DNA of 64,000 bases from Escherichia phage vB_EcoM-UFV09: the sequence record MZ291552.2. One strand, 5' to 3'. Position 1 is the first letter of the stretch, and each line of letters starts with the position of its first letter. The notes beneath the pieces are model-generated. The model was not told where the DNA came from. It saw only the letters and a program-made list of their open reading frames with translations, and did no database searches. Both the position numbers and the translations under genes were made by a program. Positions 50,261 to 59,457 of the stretch are shown here, piece by piece.

Positions 50261-50654
50261 TTTTACTAAATATACAGAATATGATGGAAAAGACTATATA
50301 AGCACCACAAACAGATTGAACTAATACCATTCCAAAGAACCAAACAATATTATCAAACCATGTCTGTTTTACGTCGAAAGGACGTAAACTTACAGTAATA
50401 TTATCACCTTTTTCTATTGAAGAATACATCTCTGGGGAAATATATTCACTAAATCTATAACCGTCTTTGAGTTCATATACAGCAATAAACGATAAACTAG
50501 ACCCCTTTCCTTGTGTTCCTGTAATAGTATTAACTACAGTAACATCATAATCTTTATAATGCATATAATCATTAATTGCGTAATAACCATATGCAACTAC
50601 TACACATAAACAACATATCAATAAATTCAATCTTTTAATTATCAACTGTTTCAT
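50247..50654 (-). CDS. membrane protein
   Basis: 135 aa with N- and C-terminal hydrophobic segments. Confidence 0.45.
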   Translation of the reverse strand: MKQLIIKRLNLLICCLCVVVAYGYYAINDYMHYKDYDVTVVNTITGTQGKGSSLSFIAVYELKDGYRFSEYISPEMYSSIEKGDNITVSLRPFDVKQTWFDNIVWFFGMVLVQSVCGAYIVFSIIFCIFSKIEIE

Positions 50655-50709
50655 AATAATCTCAATTAAAAGGGCTTAGAACCATTATACCATCCTTGGT
50701 ATAAAGCGG

Positions 50710-51237
50710 TTATGCGAGTACCGTCTTTAACCGTTCTTCAAACTTCCGAAGAGTATTCTGGCGTTCAGCTCTTTGCTTTTTGTAAGTTTCAATACGCTCT
50801 GAAATGAGAGTGTATCGTTCATTTACTGATTCTTTCATAAAATCAGGAATTTCACGAGAAGCTTTAATCTCGTCAAATTTATCAATAACAGCTTGCTCTT
50901 CAGCAATTAAGTTATCATACATCAAAATATCTTTCTTGATGAACTCAATATCTTCTTGAGTTACACGAGATAATTTAAATGCTTTATCCTTTTTGTACTG
51001 TTCGTTAGTATCACGAGACCAGTGTAATGTACGATTTTTATTCGTATTCTTATAAATTTCTACAATACCAATATCATCAATAATAACGATCCAATTCCAA
51101 CGGGATTTGTAAATTTGTCCTCCATCAACTGTGATTTCACCTCCGATTGAGATGTCATTAAAGAACTTGCTTTGTGCTTCTGATTTAAATTTACCATCGT
51201 TGTAATTTACCAAGTTGAAAATATCTTTAGCGTTCAT
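50710..51237 (-). CDS. hypothetical protein
   Basis: Trimmed to MNAKDIFNLV... (~175 aa); the track ORF reads through the promoter repeat. Confidence 0.45.
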   Translation of the reverse strand: MNAKDIFNLVNYNDGKFKSEAQSKFFNDISIGGEITVDGGQIYKSRWNWIVIIDDIGIVEIYKNTNKNRTLHWSRDTNEQYKKDKAFKLSRVTQEDIEFIKKDILMYDNLIAEEQAVIDKFDEIKASREIPDFMKESVNERYTLISERIETYKKQRAERQNTLRKFEERLKTVLA

Positions 51238-51297
51238 TTTCTGTTCCTCCGTAGTTGATAGTTGTATAGTACCACAGAGGAACAGTCTTGTAAACAA

Positions 51298-51612
51298 CTA
51301 AAAGAAACTTCTTTCACAATTTTTTCCACTGAACCACGCGCTCACTGCTTTCTTAGTCTCAGGAGCAGTGTTATCCATAAACCATTCAAAGGCAGCCTTT
51401 TTATGATTCTGGAGGGCTTCTCGGGCTTTAATCTGCTCACGGTCTATTAACACTAACATATGAGCCTTTCTTGTCACCATGGGCTTCTTATGATTTTTTG
51501 AATATTCCCAATCATTTGTCCATCGCATCGTTGTTGCGAATTGAAGTACAGCTTCTTTAATTTTAGTTTCGTAAATTTCACGAGCCTTTGAGTATAACAT
51601 TACTACCTCCAT
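51298..51612 (-). CDS. hypothetical protein
   Basis: About 100 aa; start may be at the internal MLYSKAREIY. Confidence 0.4.
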   Translation of the reverse strand: MEVVMLYSKAREIYETKIKEAVLQFATTMRWTNDWEYSKNHKKPMVTRKAHMLVLIDREQIKAREALQNHKKAAFEWFMDNTAPETKKAVSAWFSGKNCERSFF

Positions 51613-51701
51613 TTACCAGTTTAATTCTAGTCATCTTTTTGATGGCAGTCCATATAATCTATTTCTGAACTGCCTTTTTATCTTAGAAGGCCTCTTATGA
51701 A

Positions 51702-52670
51702 TTATTTCAGAAGAGTAACCTCAGCGATTTCTTCCCAACCGTTTTTGTCGGTCATAATAAAGTCAGCAAGATAAAGAGCAGTACGCAGTGAAACATTGCG
51801 TAAACGATTAACATTGACTTTCATCCATGATAATGCTTTATAAGTTTCTTCATCAGAAAGACCGCGCTTTTGCATCATGTCAGTTGAAAGAATAACATCT
51901 TCAACCCTGACCATAATTTCTTCATTAGTGTGAACACCCAAATCCAAATAAACTGAGCGGGACACTAATGCTTGTAAATGTGGAGCAAGTTTAGTACCAC
52001 GGTCTAATTCGCGGTCAATGTCAACGTTTGTGATAAAAACAATCGTTCCTTTAAATTCAAACTCACGCTCAATGCCTTTTTCTTCTAAGTAAGAAGATGC
52101 AGTGCTCCAGCAGACTTTACGGGTCTCTCCAGTGTCCAGAGCAGCTTTCAGAAGATTAAGAATGTCCATATCAGAGAAAACATCCACATCATCAATCAAA
52201 AGGACAGAATTCTCTTCACGATTATTCCAAAGCTGCTCATAAAGACCAATACCAGAGATTTTACCATTAATGCTTTTATATTCAATGTATCCAATATCAT
52301 TTGCTTTATTTAAAGCTTTATCTAAAGAATACGTTTTACCAATACCCGCCGCACCAGAGATAATTAATGAACGAATGTTTCCGTTAATAATACCATTCGT
52401 CATCATTCCCATAACATTAAATCTTTTATTAATGCGGGTTTTCATATCTTCATATGATTCTTTAACTTCTTCAACTTTTACACCATCATATGAAATGTCT
52501 GATTTGTAAACCCAAACACCGCGACGTTTACCGTCAATTTCAACAAAAACTTTACCATCTCCTTGTGCATCTACTGGGGCATTATCAGGGAACCACTCAC
52601 CTAAGAGTTCAAAAGTTCCAGAGATTTCTTTGCCAAAGTAGATACCCTTATTGATAGTTACAGTTTTCAT
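51702..52670 (-). CDS. P-loop ATPase (AAA+-like)
   Basis: Trimmed to MKTVTINKG... (322 aa); Walker A GAAGIGKTYS, Walker B VLLIDDVD. Confidence 0.55.
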   Translation of the reverse strand: MKTVTINKGIYFGKEISGTFELLGEWFPDNAPVDAQGDGKVFVEIDGKRRGVWVYKSDISYDGVKVEEVKESYEDMKTRINKRFNVMGMMTNGIINGNIRSLIISGAAGIGKTYSLDKALNKANDIGYIEYKSINGKISGIGLYEQLWNNREENSVLLIDDVDVFSDMDILNLLKAALDTGETRKVCWSTASSYLEEKGIEREFEFKGTIVFITNVDIDRELDRGTKLAPHLQALVSRSVYLDLGVHTNEEIMVRVEDVILSTDMMQKRGLSDEETYKALSWMKVNVNRLRNVSLRTALYLADFIMTDKNGWEEIAEVTLLK

Positions 52671-52765
52671 TTTATTCTCCAAATCCGTATCAGTTGATAG
52701 TTGTATAGTACCATAAAGCTTTATGCTTGTAAACTGTTTTGTGAAAAAATTTTTGAAATAAAAAA

Positions 52766-52784
52766 GGGAGCCCGAAGGCTCCCT
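52766..52784 (-). terminator. stem-loop downstream of the NTase-like gene
   Basis: gggagcc-cgaa-ggctccc hairpin after an A-run on the plus strand. Confidence 0.5.
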
Positions 52785-52785
52785 A

Positions 52786-53799
52786 TCATTTATAATAACT
52801 TCGGTGGTTTTCAAGATAGACCTTCTCAAGGAAGTCATCCCAGAAACCCATGTCTACTTTTTGCTGCATACCGTTCTTAGAAGCTTCAGTAGATGCTGCT
52901 TCTACTTGATCGACCACATCTTCCAAAAACTCTTGAACTGTTTTAAATGGATGTTTACCCAACTTCACGTCGAGAATAAATGGAGCGTCTTGAAGTGGAT
53001 AAACTAAGTCACCAGTTTTGTAAATTTCCAATAGTTGAAGTCCACCACGACAGGCATGGCTCAGAGCTTTCCAGTCAATACCTTCATTGGCTTCGGCCTT
53101 ACGAGCACGTTCACCATATTCAGCATCTAATTTGTTCAGTGACTGCTTAAGCTCAATAAGAGAAAGCGTTGTCTGATATTTACGACCCAACACAGTGTAG
53201 AACGTTTGTGGGCCTGTTTTCTCATGATTATGGAACACCCATTCACAGAATTCGTTTTCTGGAAGACGATGCTTAATATCTTCAATTTTAGTGCGACGTT
53301 GTCCTTGTGTTCCATCTTCTCGGTAGACATTCCGTTGATCAGGAATTTGATTAACTACTTTCAACACATCACGTAATGCAGCCAAACGAGAACCCTTGAC
53401 ACCGTATTTAGAAGCTTGCTTGCGAACATATCCTAAATAGGATTTCATGTTAGTCGTATAAAAACGAGAACGATTGTCTTGAATAAACTTCCACACATCA
53501 GGCAAATCAGATTTAACCACTAGTTCAGGTGGAGTGTGAAGCATATCCAATGCTACAGTTTCACCATCTGCTGCTAATTTAAAGAAATACTTAAGACTAT
53601 ACAATTCGTGGTCAATATCATCTTTAGTGTTTTTAGATGATGTGTTGTTAGTGTTTTTACTCATGTGCTCTTTGACATTTCCAATAAGAATATCGCGAGC
53701 AGGAGGAACAAAGATTTCTTTAAAATCTACATCAGATTCTGGAGTAGAAGTTCCATAAAGATGACTACCAAAATAGCTTTTCATTACTGTTTTCATCAT
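52786..53799 (-). CDS. nucleotidyltransferase-fold protein (Pol-beta-like)
   Basis: 337 aa; N-terminal G-S...D-x-D signature (YFGSHLYGTSTPESDVDF) with a downstream acidic residue (ETVALD). Confidence 0.5.
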   Translation of the reverse strand: MMKTVMKSYFGSHLYGTSTPESDVDFKEIFVPPARDILIGNVKEHMSKNTNNTSSKNTKDDIDHELYSLKYFFKLAADGETVALDMLHTPPELVVKSDLPDVWKFIQDNRSRFYTTNMKSYLGYVRKQASKYGVKGSRLAALRDVLKVVNQIPDQRNVYREDGTQGQRRTKIEDIKHRLPENEFCEWVFHNHEKTGPQTFYTVLGRKYQTTLSLIELKQSLNKLDAEYGERARKAEANEGIDWKALSHACRGGLQLLEIYKTGDLVYPLQDAPFILDVKLGKHPFKTVQEFLEDVVDQVEAASTEASKNGMQQKVDMGFWDDFLEKVYLENHRSYYK

Positions 53800-54257
53800 T
53801 CAGCCTTATATTCAATAACAGGACATACTTTAGCTTTACGGGCTTTTAAAAATTCGACGATAATAGATTTCTTGGGTTGAATAGGAGGTAAACCTTTATA
53901 CGCCCTATCAATATTTTCTACATGTAAAGCATAATCCTTTTTCCATTTATAATCTTTATATTTTTCATGCAGTTGTGCAGGAATAACAAATGAACCAATA
54001 ATAAGTAAAACAAGCAAAATGGCAAGTATAAATGCCGATGGAATAAGAGTCCATAAACTACCAAAAATAAGCCATTTCTGTATGATTTCTGCGCAGATAA
54101 TAGTTAGACCTGCGAGTATAGTACATCCGAAAAAAGAAACGAAAAATGTAGGGATAACAATAGACCAAAAGTATGCACACAGTGTCTTAGGTCGTTTCCA
54201 TTCGTCGTTAAACAGTTTGAATAATTTATAGTGCCAAGAGTTTTCATTAATAATCAT
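53796..54257 (-). CDS. multi-pass membrane protein
   Basis: 153 aa with several hydrophobic segments. Confidence 0.45.
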   Translation of the reverse strand: MIINENSWHYKLFKLFNDEWKRPKTLCAYFWSIVIPTFFVSFFGCTILAGLTIICAEIIQKWLIFGSLWTLIPSAFILAILLVLLIIGSFVIPAQLHEKYKDYKWKKDYALHVENIDRAYKGLPPIQPKKSIIVEFLKARKAKVCPVIEYKAE

Positions 54258-54259
54258 AA

Positions 54260-54781
54260 TTATCCTTTCATTGAAGGTGTAACAGTTGTTAAATACTTAA
54301 TCATAGCTTCAGCTTCTGATTTTGATAATGAAATTTCTCCATTGTTTTGACGAATAGAAATAAAATCCGGATGACGGTCACCACCAGCTTTTAAAACACA
54401 CATATAAGTATCAGTTTCATCTTCAATATCTGAAATGATTGAAGCAGTTCCGCATGAATGTGGTTTTTGATAAATCAATACAGCTTTTCTTCCACCATTT
54501 GACTGTTCATAGGCTTTTAATACATCAAACAAATCAGTTCTTTTATCAATAGCTAAAATGTTATTTTCATCTTCAATGTTAAATCCTTCGGATACTTCAT
54601 AAAGTGTTACCCATAAATCACCGATGTCAATAACAGCATTTCCTTTTCCACGACTTTCAAGAATATGACAAATTTTCTTTATTTCGTCATAACTCATTTT
54701 AATAATATCATCTCCTTGAATAAGGAAGATGTCATTTTTAAATTTAACGCGAATTAAACCGCTTTCACTAGAAATAAACAT
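54260..54781 (-). CDS. hypothetical protein, paralog of the next ORF
   Basis: 173 aa; C-terminus SLSKSEAEAMIKYLTTVTPSMKG resembles that of 54788-55345. Confidence 0.45.
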   Translation of the reverse strand: MFISSESGLIRVKFKNDIFLIQGDDIIKMSYDEIKKICHILESRGKGNAVIDIGDLWVTLYEVSEGFNIEDENNILAIDKRTDLFDVLKAYEQSNGGRKAVLIYQKPHSCGTASIISDIEDETDTYMCVLKAGGDRHPDFISIRQNNGEISLSKSEAEAMIKYLTTVTPSMKG

Positions 54782-54787
54782 ATTTCC

Positions 54788-55345
54788 TCACTTTGAAATC
54801 ATAGTTGGAATAACAGAATCAAGATAAGTTTTTAGTGCAATAGCTTCGTCTTTGTTTAATGTAATGATATGTGATCGAAAATCGTCAATTTGACGAATAG
54901 ATACTACATCTCCCTCTTCATAGCATTTTGAAACATTTAAAATAGTTTCATCATTCTGATTACAGGAGTTAGTAATAATAGCATTACATTTTTTAAACCA
55001 TTTTAAATTATGTTTTCTTTTAGTAGAATCATAAAAATATTTAATGTTAGTTATAAAATTATCCCAATTATTAATTGATAAGCACATTGACTCGCTTTTA
55101 ATATTAAATCCTGGGCATGAAGAATAAAAATGAATTTTATGCTCATCATTAATGCTTACAATTTTATCAGTGTAAGCATATTCAATTTGGGTTAAACGAA
55201 CAATTTCACTAGGCGTAAAATATAACATGTCGTCTTCTTGCGTCAAACGATACATGTTATTTACTTTTTCGATCGCTAATTCACCAAAAAGCACACTATC
55301 TTCTAATACTAATCGTTTCATATTGATTCTCTTCGACTCACTCAC
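54788..55345 (-). CDS. hypothetical protein, paralog of the previous ORF
   Basis: 185 aa; C-terminus TLNKDEAIALKTYLDSVIPTMISK. Confidence 0.45.
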   Translation of the reverse strand: MSESKRINMKRLVLEDSVLFGELAIEKVNNMYRLTQEDDMLYFTPSEIVRLTQIEYAYTDKIVSINDEHKIHFYSSCPGFNIKSESMCLSINNWDNFITNIKYFYDSTKRKHNLKWFKKCNAIITNSCNQNDETILNVSKCYEEGDVVSIRQIDDFRSHIITLNKDEAIALKTYLDSVIPTMISK

Positions 55346-55480
55346 AATTACATACTCCTCTGAATCATATCAATAATGTTGTTCACCAGATTATAAGTAA
55401 ACATTGGGTAATTATATTGAATCATCACATACACAACAAACAAAACTTTCATTCTCTTCTCCTTGGCAGTTGACAAGATT

Positions 55481-55510
55481 ACTATACCATAACCTTGCCA
55501 ACTTGTAAAC
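55481..55510 (-). promoter_or_regulatory. T4-type early promoter
   Basis: Minus strand reads GTTTACaagttggcaaggttatggTATAGT. Confidence 0.45.
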
Positions 55511-55675
55511 CATTAAATGACGTTTTCAATAAAATTCTGAAGCTTTGTGTGAGCATCAACCATGATTTTCATTTCTTCTTTGGCGAAAGCTGTACCTCTT
55601 TCCCGAGAAGAACACTCATAGTCAGAAACTGCATTAGCATATTCTTCAATTAGTTTCATTAAAAACATCTGCTTT

Positions 55676-55870
55676 TCAGTTTTCATTATTCCACCTAATC
55701 ATTTCAAGATATTGAACTAACTTAGCTTTAGATTTATCCAAATCCTTTTTAGCTGCTTCTATACCGTCGTATGAATATCCTTCACAATGCTCAACTGCTA
55801 ATTGATATGAATCTATTTCAACATCACGTGCTAATTTAATGATTTTTTCAAACTGTTCGTGTGTCAGCAT
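55676..55870 (-). CDS. small hypothetical protein
   Basis: 64-aa ORF. Confidence 0.35.
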   Translation of the reverse strand: MLTHEQFEKIIKLARDVEIDSYQLAVEHCEGYSYDGIEAAKKDLDKSKAKLVQYLEMIRWNNEN

Positions 55871-55872
55871 AC

Positions 55873-56112
55873 TTAAACTCTCGTATTGTGATCGATAATT
55901 TCATCAAGAAACATATCTAAAGCTTCCACAGCATTATCAACTTTAGCTTCAAGTTCATCAATACCTTTATTTGCAATGCCTGACGAAAACCAAGCAAAGT
56001 CGCTAAGTTCCTCATCTGCTTTACGAATTAAAGCTACCAATTCCTTAATTTTATCCGCTTGTTCGATACTAATCATTATTCCACCACATATGAAAGAGAG
56101 AATATTGCACAT
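55873..56112 (-). CDS. small hypothetical protein
   Basis: 79-aa ORF. Confidence 0.35.
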   Translation of the reverse strand: MCNILSFICGGIMISIEQADKIKELVALIRKADEELSDFAWFSSGIANKGIDELEAKVDNAVEALDMFLDEIIDHNTRV

Positions 56113-56309
56113 GCCATGTGAGTTGCAACTTCATCACACATATTATAACGTTTCTTAAGAAGTTCTACAAGTTTTTCACTAGTAACTTCATCCATGTTGA
56201 CGAAAAAATCACCATTAATGATGACGTAGATATTTCCTTCTTGATTGAGTGCTTCAATTTTCATGATGTTCTCCTCTTTATCCGATAGTTGTATAGTATA
56301 ACAGCTCAA
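56076..56309 (-). CDS. small hypothetical protein
   Basis: 77-aa ORF. Confidence 0.35.
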   Translation of the reverse strand: MSCYTIQLSDKEENIMKIEALNQEGNIYVIINGDFFVNMDEVTSEKLVELLKKRYNMCDEVATHMACAIFSLSYVVE

Positions 56310-56337
56310 ACGGAAAGTAAACCGGTAAAATGAAAAA

Positions 56338-56353
56338 AGTCTCCCGAAGGAGA
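56338..56353 (-). terminator. stem-loop terminator
   Basis: gtctcc-cgaa-ggagac hairpin; flanking sequence repeats that at 15070-15092. Confidence 0.5.
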
Positions 56354-56359
56354 CTAATG

Positions 56360-56746
56360 TTATTCGAGGGAAAGAAGATACTTACTCTGGTAAAACATCC
56401 CAGTAATATCATCTATCGTGCTTTGGATGGCTGGAGGCATTTCTTTATAAATGCTGTTAGATTGGTCTAGTATGCGATCAATCATTTTAATTGTGTCGGT
56501 AGGAAGTTTACTGGCATCTGGAATTGAAGGCGTGTATTTTCTACCAGAATACCCCAAATATTGCTCACCAAATTTATCAATCAAATCTGGCAACTCGGAA
56601 AAAATAAAATCGTATGCTTTGTGTCTAGCATAACTTTTAGTTTCAAAATGTGCAGAATGAAAATAAGCTTGTGCAGCCATTAATAAACCTAAGTATTCAT
56701 CTGCCTTTGAAGGTTTTCCACTTTGTGAAAAGTCGCTGAATTTCAT
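56360..56746 (-). CDS. hypothetical protein (rI.-1 position)
   Basis: 128-aa ORF immediately downstream of rI. Confidence 0.4.
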   Translation of the reverse strand: MKFSDFSQSGKPSKADEYLGLLMAAQAYFHSAHFETKSYARHKAYDFIFSELPDLIDKFGEQYLGYSGRKYTPSIPDASKLPTDTIKMIDRILDQSNSIYKEMPPAIQSTIDDITGMFYQSKYLLSLE

Positions 56747-57036
56747 TCAGTCTCCAATTTAATGTTCATAATTCTAGCGTATGATTGTGCCATCTCCGCG
56801 CCTCGTTCTATACATTCAAAATCAGAAGAGCACGGGTCATTTTTATAGGTCGTTCTCATAAAACTATAGAATTGTTCAGACGATTCTACGCTTTTATTTT
56901 CAAAAAGTGTATAAACGTGCCTAATACCAGATTCCATAAATTTATCAAAATGAGGATCGACATTCGCTTCAATTGATGGAGATAAAACAAATGACAATCC
57001 TAGCATGGCAAAAAGTGCCGTTGCTTTTAAGGCCAT
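56743..57036 (-). CDS. rI: RI lysis-inhibition antiholin
   Basis: 97 aa with N-terminal signal-anchor; matches recalled T4 RI. Confidence 0.8.
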   Translation of the reverse strand: MALKATALFAMLGLSFVLSPSIEANVDPHFDKFMESGIRHVYTLFENKSVESSEQFYSFMRTTYKNDPCSSDFECIERGAEMAQSYARIMNIKLETE

Positions 57037-57048
57037 AAAGGCCTCCTA

Positions 57049-57261
57049 TCATTTTTGTCCTGTATTTACTTTATGCCGATGCACGGCCTTAACTTTATCA
57101 AGGTATTTTTCAAAATTTCGCAATCTAGTATAGTCTGCCGGAGATTGGTTGAGTGATACTTCTCGACGCAAAGCTGAAATGATATTTCCAACTTCCCTAC
57201 GAATTTCATCTAATTGAAGCACAGTAAGATTGCGAAGTTGCTTTTCAGTTAATTGTAGCAT
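57049..57261 (-). CDS. small hypothetical protein (rI.1 position)
   Basis: 70-aa ORF. Confidence 0.4.
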
Positions 57262-57303
57262 ATATACCCCTTTAGTTAGATAAACCTATTTATAACTTTT
57301 GCA

Positions 57304-57885
57304 CTAACCGAGCTTTTTAGTTAATTCATTCCAATGTTTTCTACACAAAGAAACATAAATTTCATCACCAATACAGATTTGATTACCTTCTTTAACTGGT
57401 GTTCCATCTTCCATTAATCGAGCTGTCATAATCGCTTTTTTACCGCAATGACAAACTGCCTTTAGTTCAATAAGTTTATCTGCAATCGCTAAAAGTTCTT
57501 TAGAACCTTCAAACAATTTTCCAGCGAAATCAGTCCTTAATCCATAAGCCATAACAGGAACATTATATGTATCAACAATTCGACTTAATTGATGCACCTG
57601 TTCAGTTTTTAAAAACTGAGCTTCATCTACAAATACGCAATGAATATCTTTTTGTGCTTCAGCCCATTTATAGAACTCGAAAATATCCATATCATCTGTA
57701 ATAATATTCGCTTCCTGTTTAATTCCAATGCGAGAAACAACTTCACAGACAGAATCGCGAGTATCAATAGCAGGCTTAAGAACTAATACACTCATTCCAC
57801 GTTCTTTATAATTATGTGCAGCAGTCAAAAGAGAAGCAGATTTTCCAGCATTCATTGCTGCATAAGTAAAAATTAAACTCGCCAT
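57304..57885 (-). CDS. tk: thymidine kinase
   Basis: 193 aa; Walker A NAGKS; C-terminal Cys pairs. Confidence 0.95.
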   Translation of the reverse strand: MASLIFTYAAMNAGKSASLLTAAHNYKERGMSVLVLKPAIDTRDSVCEVVSRIGIKQEANIITDDMDIFEFYKWAEAQKDIHCVFVDEAQFLKTEQVHQLSRIVDTYNVPVMAYGLRTDFAGKLFEGSKELLAIADKLIELKAVCHCGKKAIMTARLMEDGTPVKEGNQICIGDEIYVSLCRKHWNELTKKLG

Positions 57886-57894
57886 ATCACCTTC

Positions 57895-58080
57895 TTAAAG
57901 CGTATTCACATAAGCTATTAATTCATTTTCTTTCTTATCAAACCGATCAGCAAATTCTTCCTGCTGCTCGGGAGATAGCGGGCCGTATTCATCATAAAAG
58001 GTGTTTGCTTCTATATGCTCATCTAGAAGTTCATGGATAAGCTCAAACAATTTATCTTTTTGTTCTTTGCTTAGACTCAT
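57895..58080 (-). CDS. small acidic hypothetical protein
   Basis: 61-aa ORF. Confidence 0.4.
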   Translation of the reverse strand: MSLSKEQKDKLFELIHELLDEHIEANTFYDEYGPLSPEQQEEFADRFDKKENELIAYVNTL

Positions 58081-58246
58081 ATATTAATTTCCAGGAGTTT
58101 TAAAATAATTCGCTTTTGCTTAAATATTTCCATAGTTAAATGACCAGTATCTTTTTGACCGATTCCAATGGCAAAACCTTTATTAACAGCGAGTTCAATT
58201 AAATTATCAAGCTCACGTAACACTTCGTATTGTAACTCAAAACTAT

Positions 58247-58474
58247 TCATTTTGGTTTACCTTCTTTAACGAAATCAGGATAAGGGTAAAATCCTGAATA
58301 AAATCCTTCACCTTTATGATTGATGCATCCTTTATTAGAACAATAGCACCAATAATCGAAATCACAAGCCATTTCATCGTTGCATAAAGCAAAAACAACC
58401 GGCCACTTACACTTTTCACAGTGGGCATTTTTAAGAATACTAGTTTGGCTCATAACCATGTAACCTTTAAGCAA
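58247..58474 (-). CDS. small Cys-rich hypothetical protein
   Basis: 75 aa with multiple Cys/His (CEKCKW...CDFDYWCYCSNKGCINH). Confidence 0.4.
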   Translation of the reverse strand: MLKGYMVMSQTSILKNAHCEKCKWPVVFALCNDEMACDFDYWCYCSNKGCINHKGEGFYSGFYPYPDFVKEGKPK

Positions 58475-58662
58475 TATTCTTCTACATGTTGTTTACGACC
58501 TTTCTTATCAATAAAGGTATATTCAACGAATGTTCCAATGTAGTCTTTATCTACATCATGTGGACTATTAATTGGACATTTAGTACGGCAAATGCGTTCC
58601 CATTGACGAATAATTTCCACTTTGTTTTTAGGATCAAACGGATGTGGGTAATGTACTTTCAT
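58450..58662 (-). CDS. small hypothetical protein
   Basis: 70-aa ORF. Confidence 0.4.
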   Translation of the reverse strand: MKVHYPHPFDPKNKVEIIRQWERICRTKCPINSPHDVDKDYIGTFVEYTFIDKKGRKQHVEEYCLKVTWL

Positions 58663-59113
58663 AATCCACCACTATTAAATCAATATCAGGAGTAAACATG
58701 TCGATTAATTTAGAAACCTTATCCCAATCGCCGCCAGCAATACCACAACCTATGCGTGGAATGTAAATTACTGGTTTAAACAAAAGGGTTTCTGCCTGTA
58801 GATTTAATTCTATCATGCAGTTTACTAAAGCACCATAATCAAGATTAGGACCTGGTTCGTATTGCGTATACAAGTTATAACATATGCCAAAACCATTAGG
58901 TTTATGTTTAAAAACAATAGACATATCGCCTAATTTATCACGAGAACCGTACTCGGTAGTGGTTTTATCTATTTCTAAAATTTTGGGATAGGCTCTTGCT
59001 AATTGACCAGCTACACCACTGCCCATTGTATGAAAACAATTGCACCCGTGCGCAATAATATTACCTTCAAGAAAGAGGGCGACAATATCGCCCTTGATAT
59101 ATTTTACAATCAT
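58634..59113 (-). CDS. macrodomain protein (putative ADP-ribose binding/hydrolase)
   Basis: 159 aa; macro-type glycine-rich motifs (…AHGCNCFHTMGSGVAGQLA… and …IGCGIAGGDW…). Confidence 0.55.
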   Translation of the reverse strand: MIVKYIKGDIVALFLEGNIIAHGCNCFHTMGSGVAGQLARAYPKILEIDKTTTEYGSRDKLGDMSIVFKHKPNGFGICYNLYTQYEPGPNLDYGALVNCMIELNLQAETLLFKPVIYIPRIGCGIAGGDWDKVSKLIDMFTPDIDLIVVDYESTLPTSV

Positions 59114-59457
59114 CTAGTACTCAATCCTCGATTATAAGAATCTACCAAACGGTCAACCATTGAATGACAAGCGGCTTTATCTTTCTCCTCCGCAACTGAA
59201 CATTCTAAGGTATTCCACTTTTTAGCATATCGTTTTAATAATGTATCGTTTTTGTATCTGCTTGATTTATCTCTTTCTCCGTCTTTATATGCATATATTA
59301 ATTTCTGCGCAAATTCAGCTTGGCATGCTTTATTTTTCCCACAATAATCTGCCGCAGTGCGGTTCACATACTCCCTAATTTCAGTATATGATGTATCTGC
59401 TGACGCATAAGCAGAAAATGAAATTAATCCTATACATAAAACCAAAATTTTAGTCAT
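59110..59457 (-). CDS. secreted protein (vs position)
   Basis: 115 aa with signal peptide; T4 vs size and position. Confidence 0.4.
   Translation of the reverse strand: MTKILVLCIGLISFSAYASADTSYTEIREYVNRTAADYCGKNKACQAEFAQKLIYAYKDGERDKSSRYKNDTLLKRYAKKWNTLECSVAEEKDKAACHSMVDRLVDSYNRGLSTR

Noticed and set aside
52786-53799. Reading the nucleotidyltransferase-like gene as the cyclase of a CBASS-type operon.
   Set aside because: No adjacent effector (phospholipase, nuclease or TM effector) and no E1/E2/JAB-type accessory genes; the neighbour is a P-loop ATPase. Only the generic Pol-beta fold signature is supportable.
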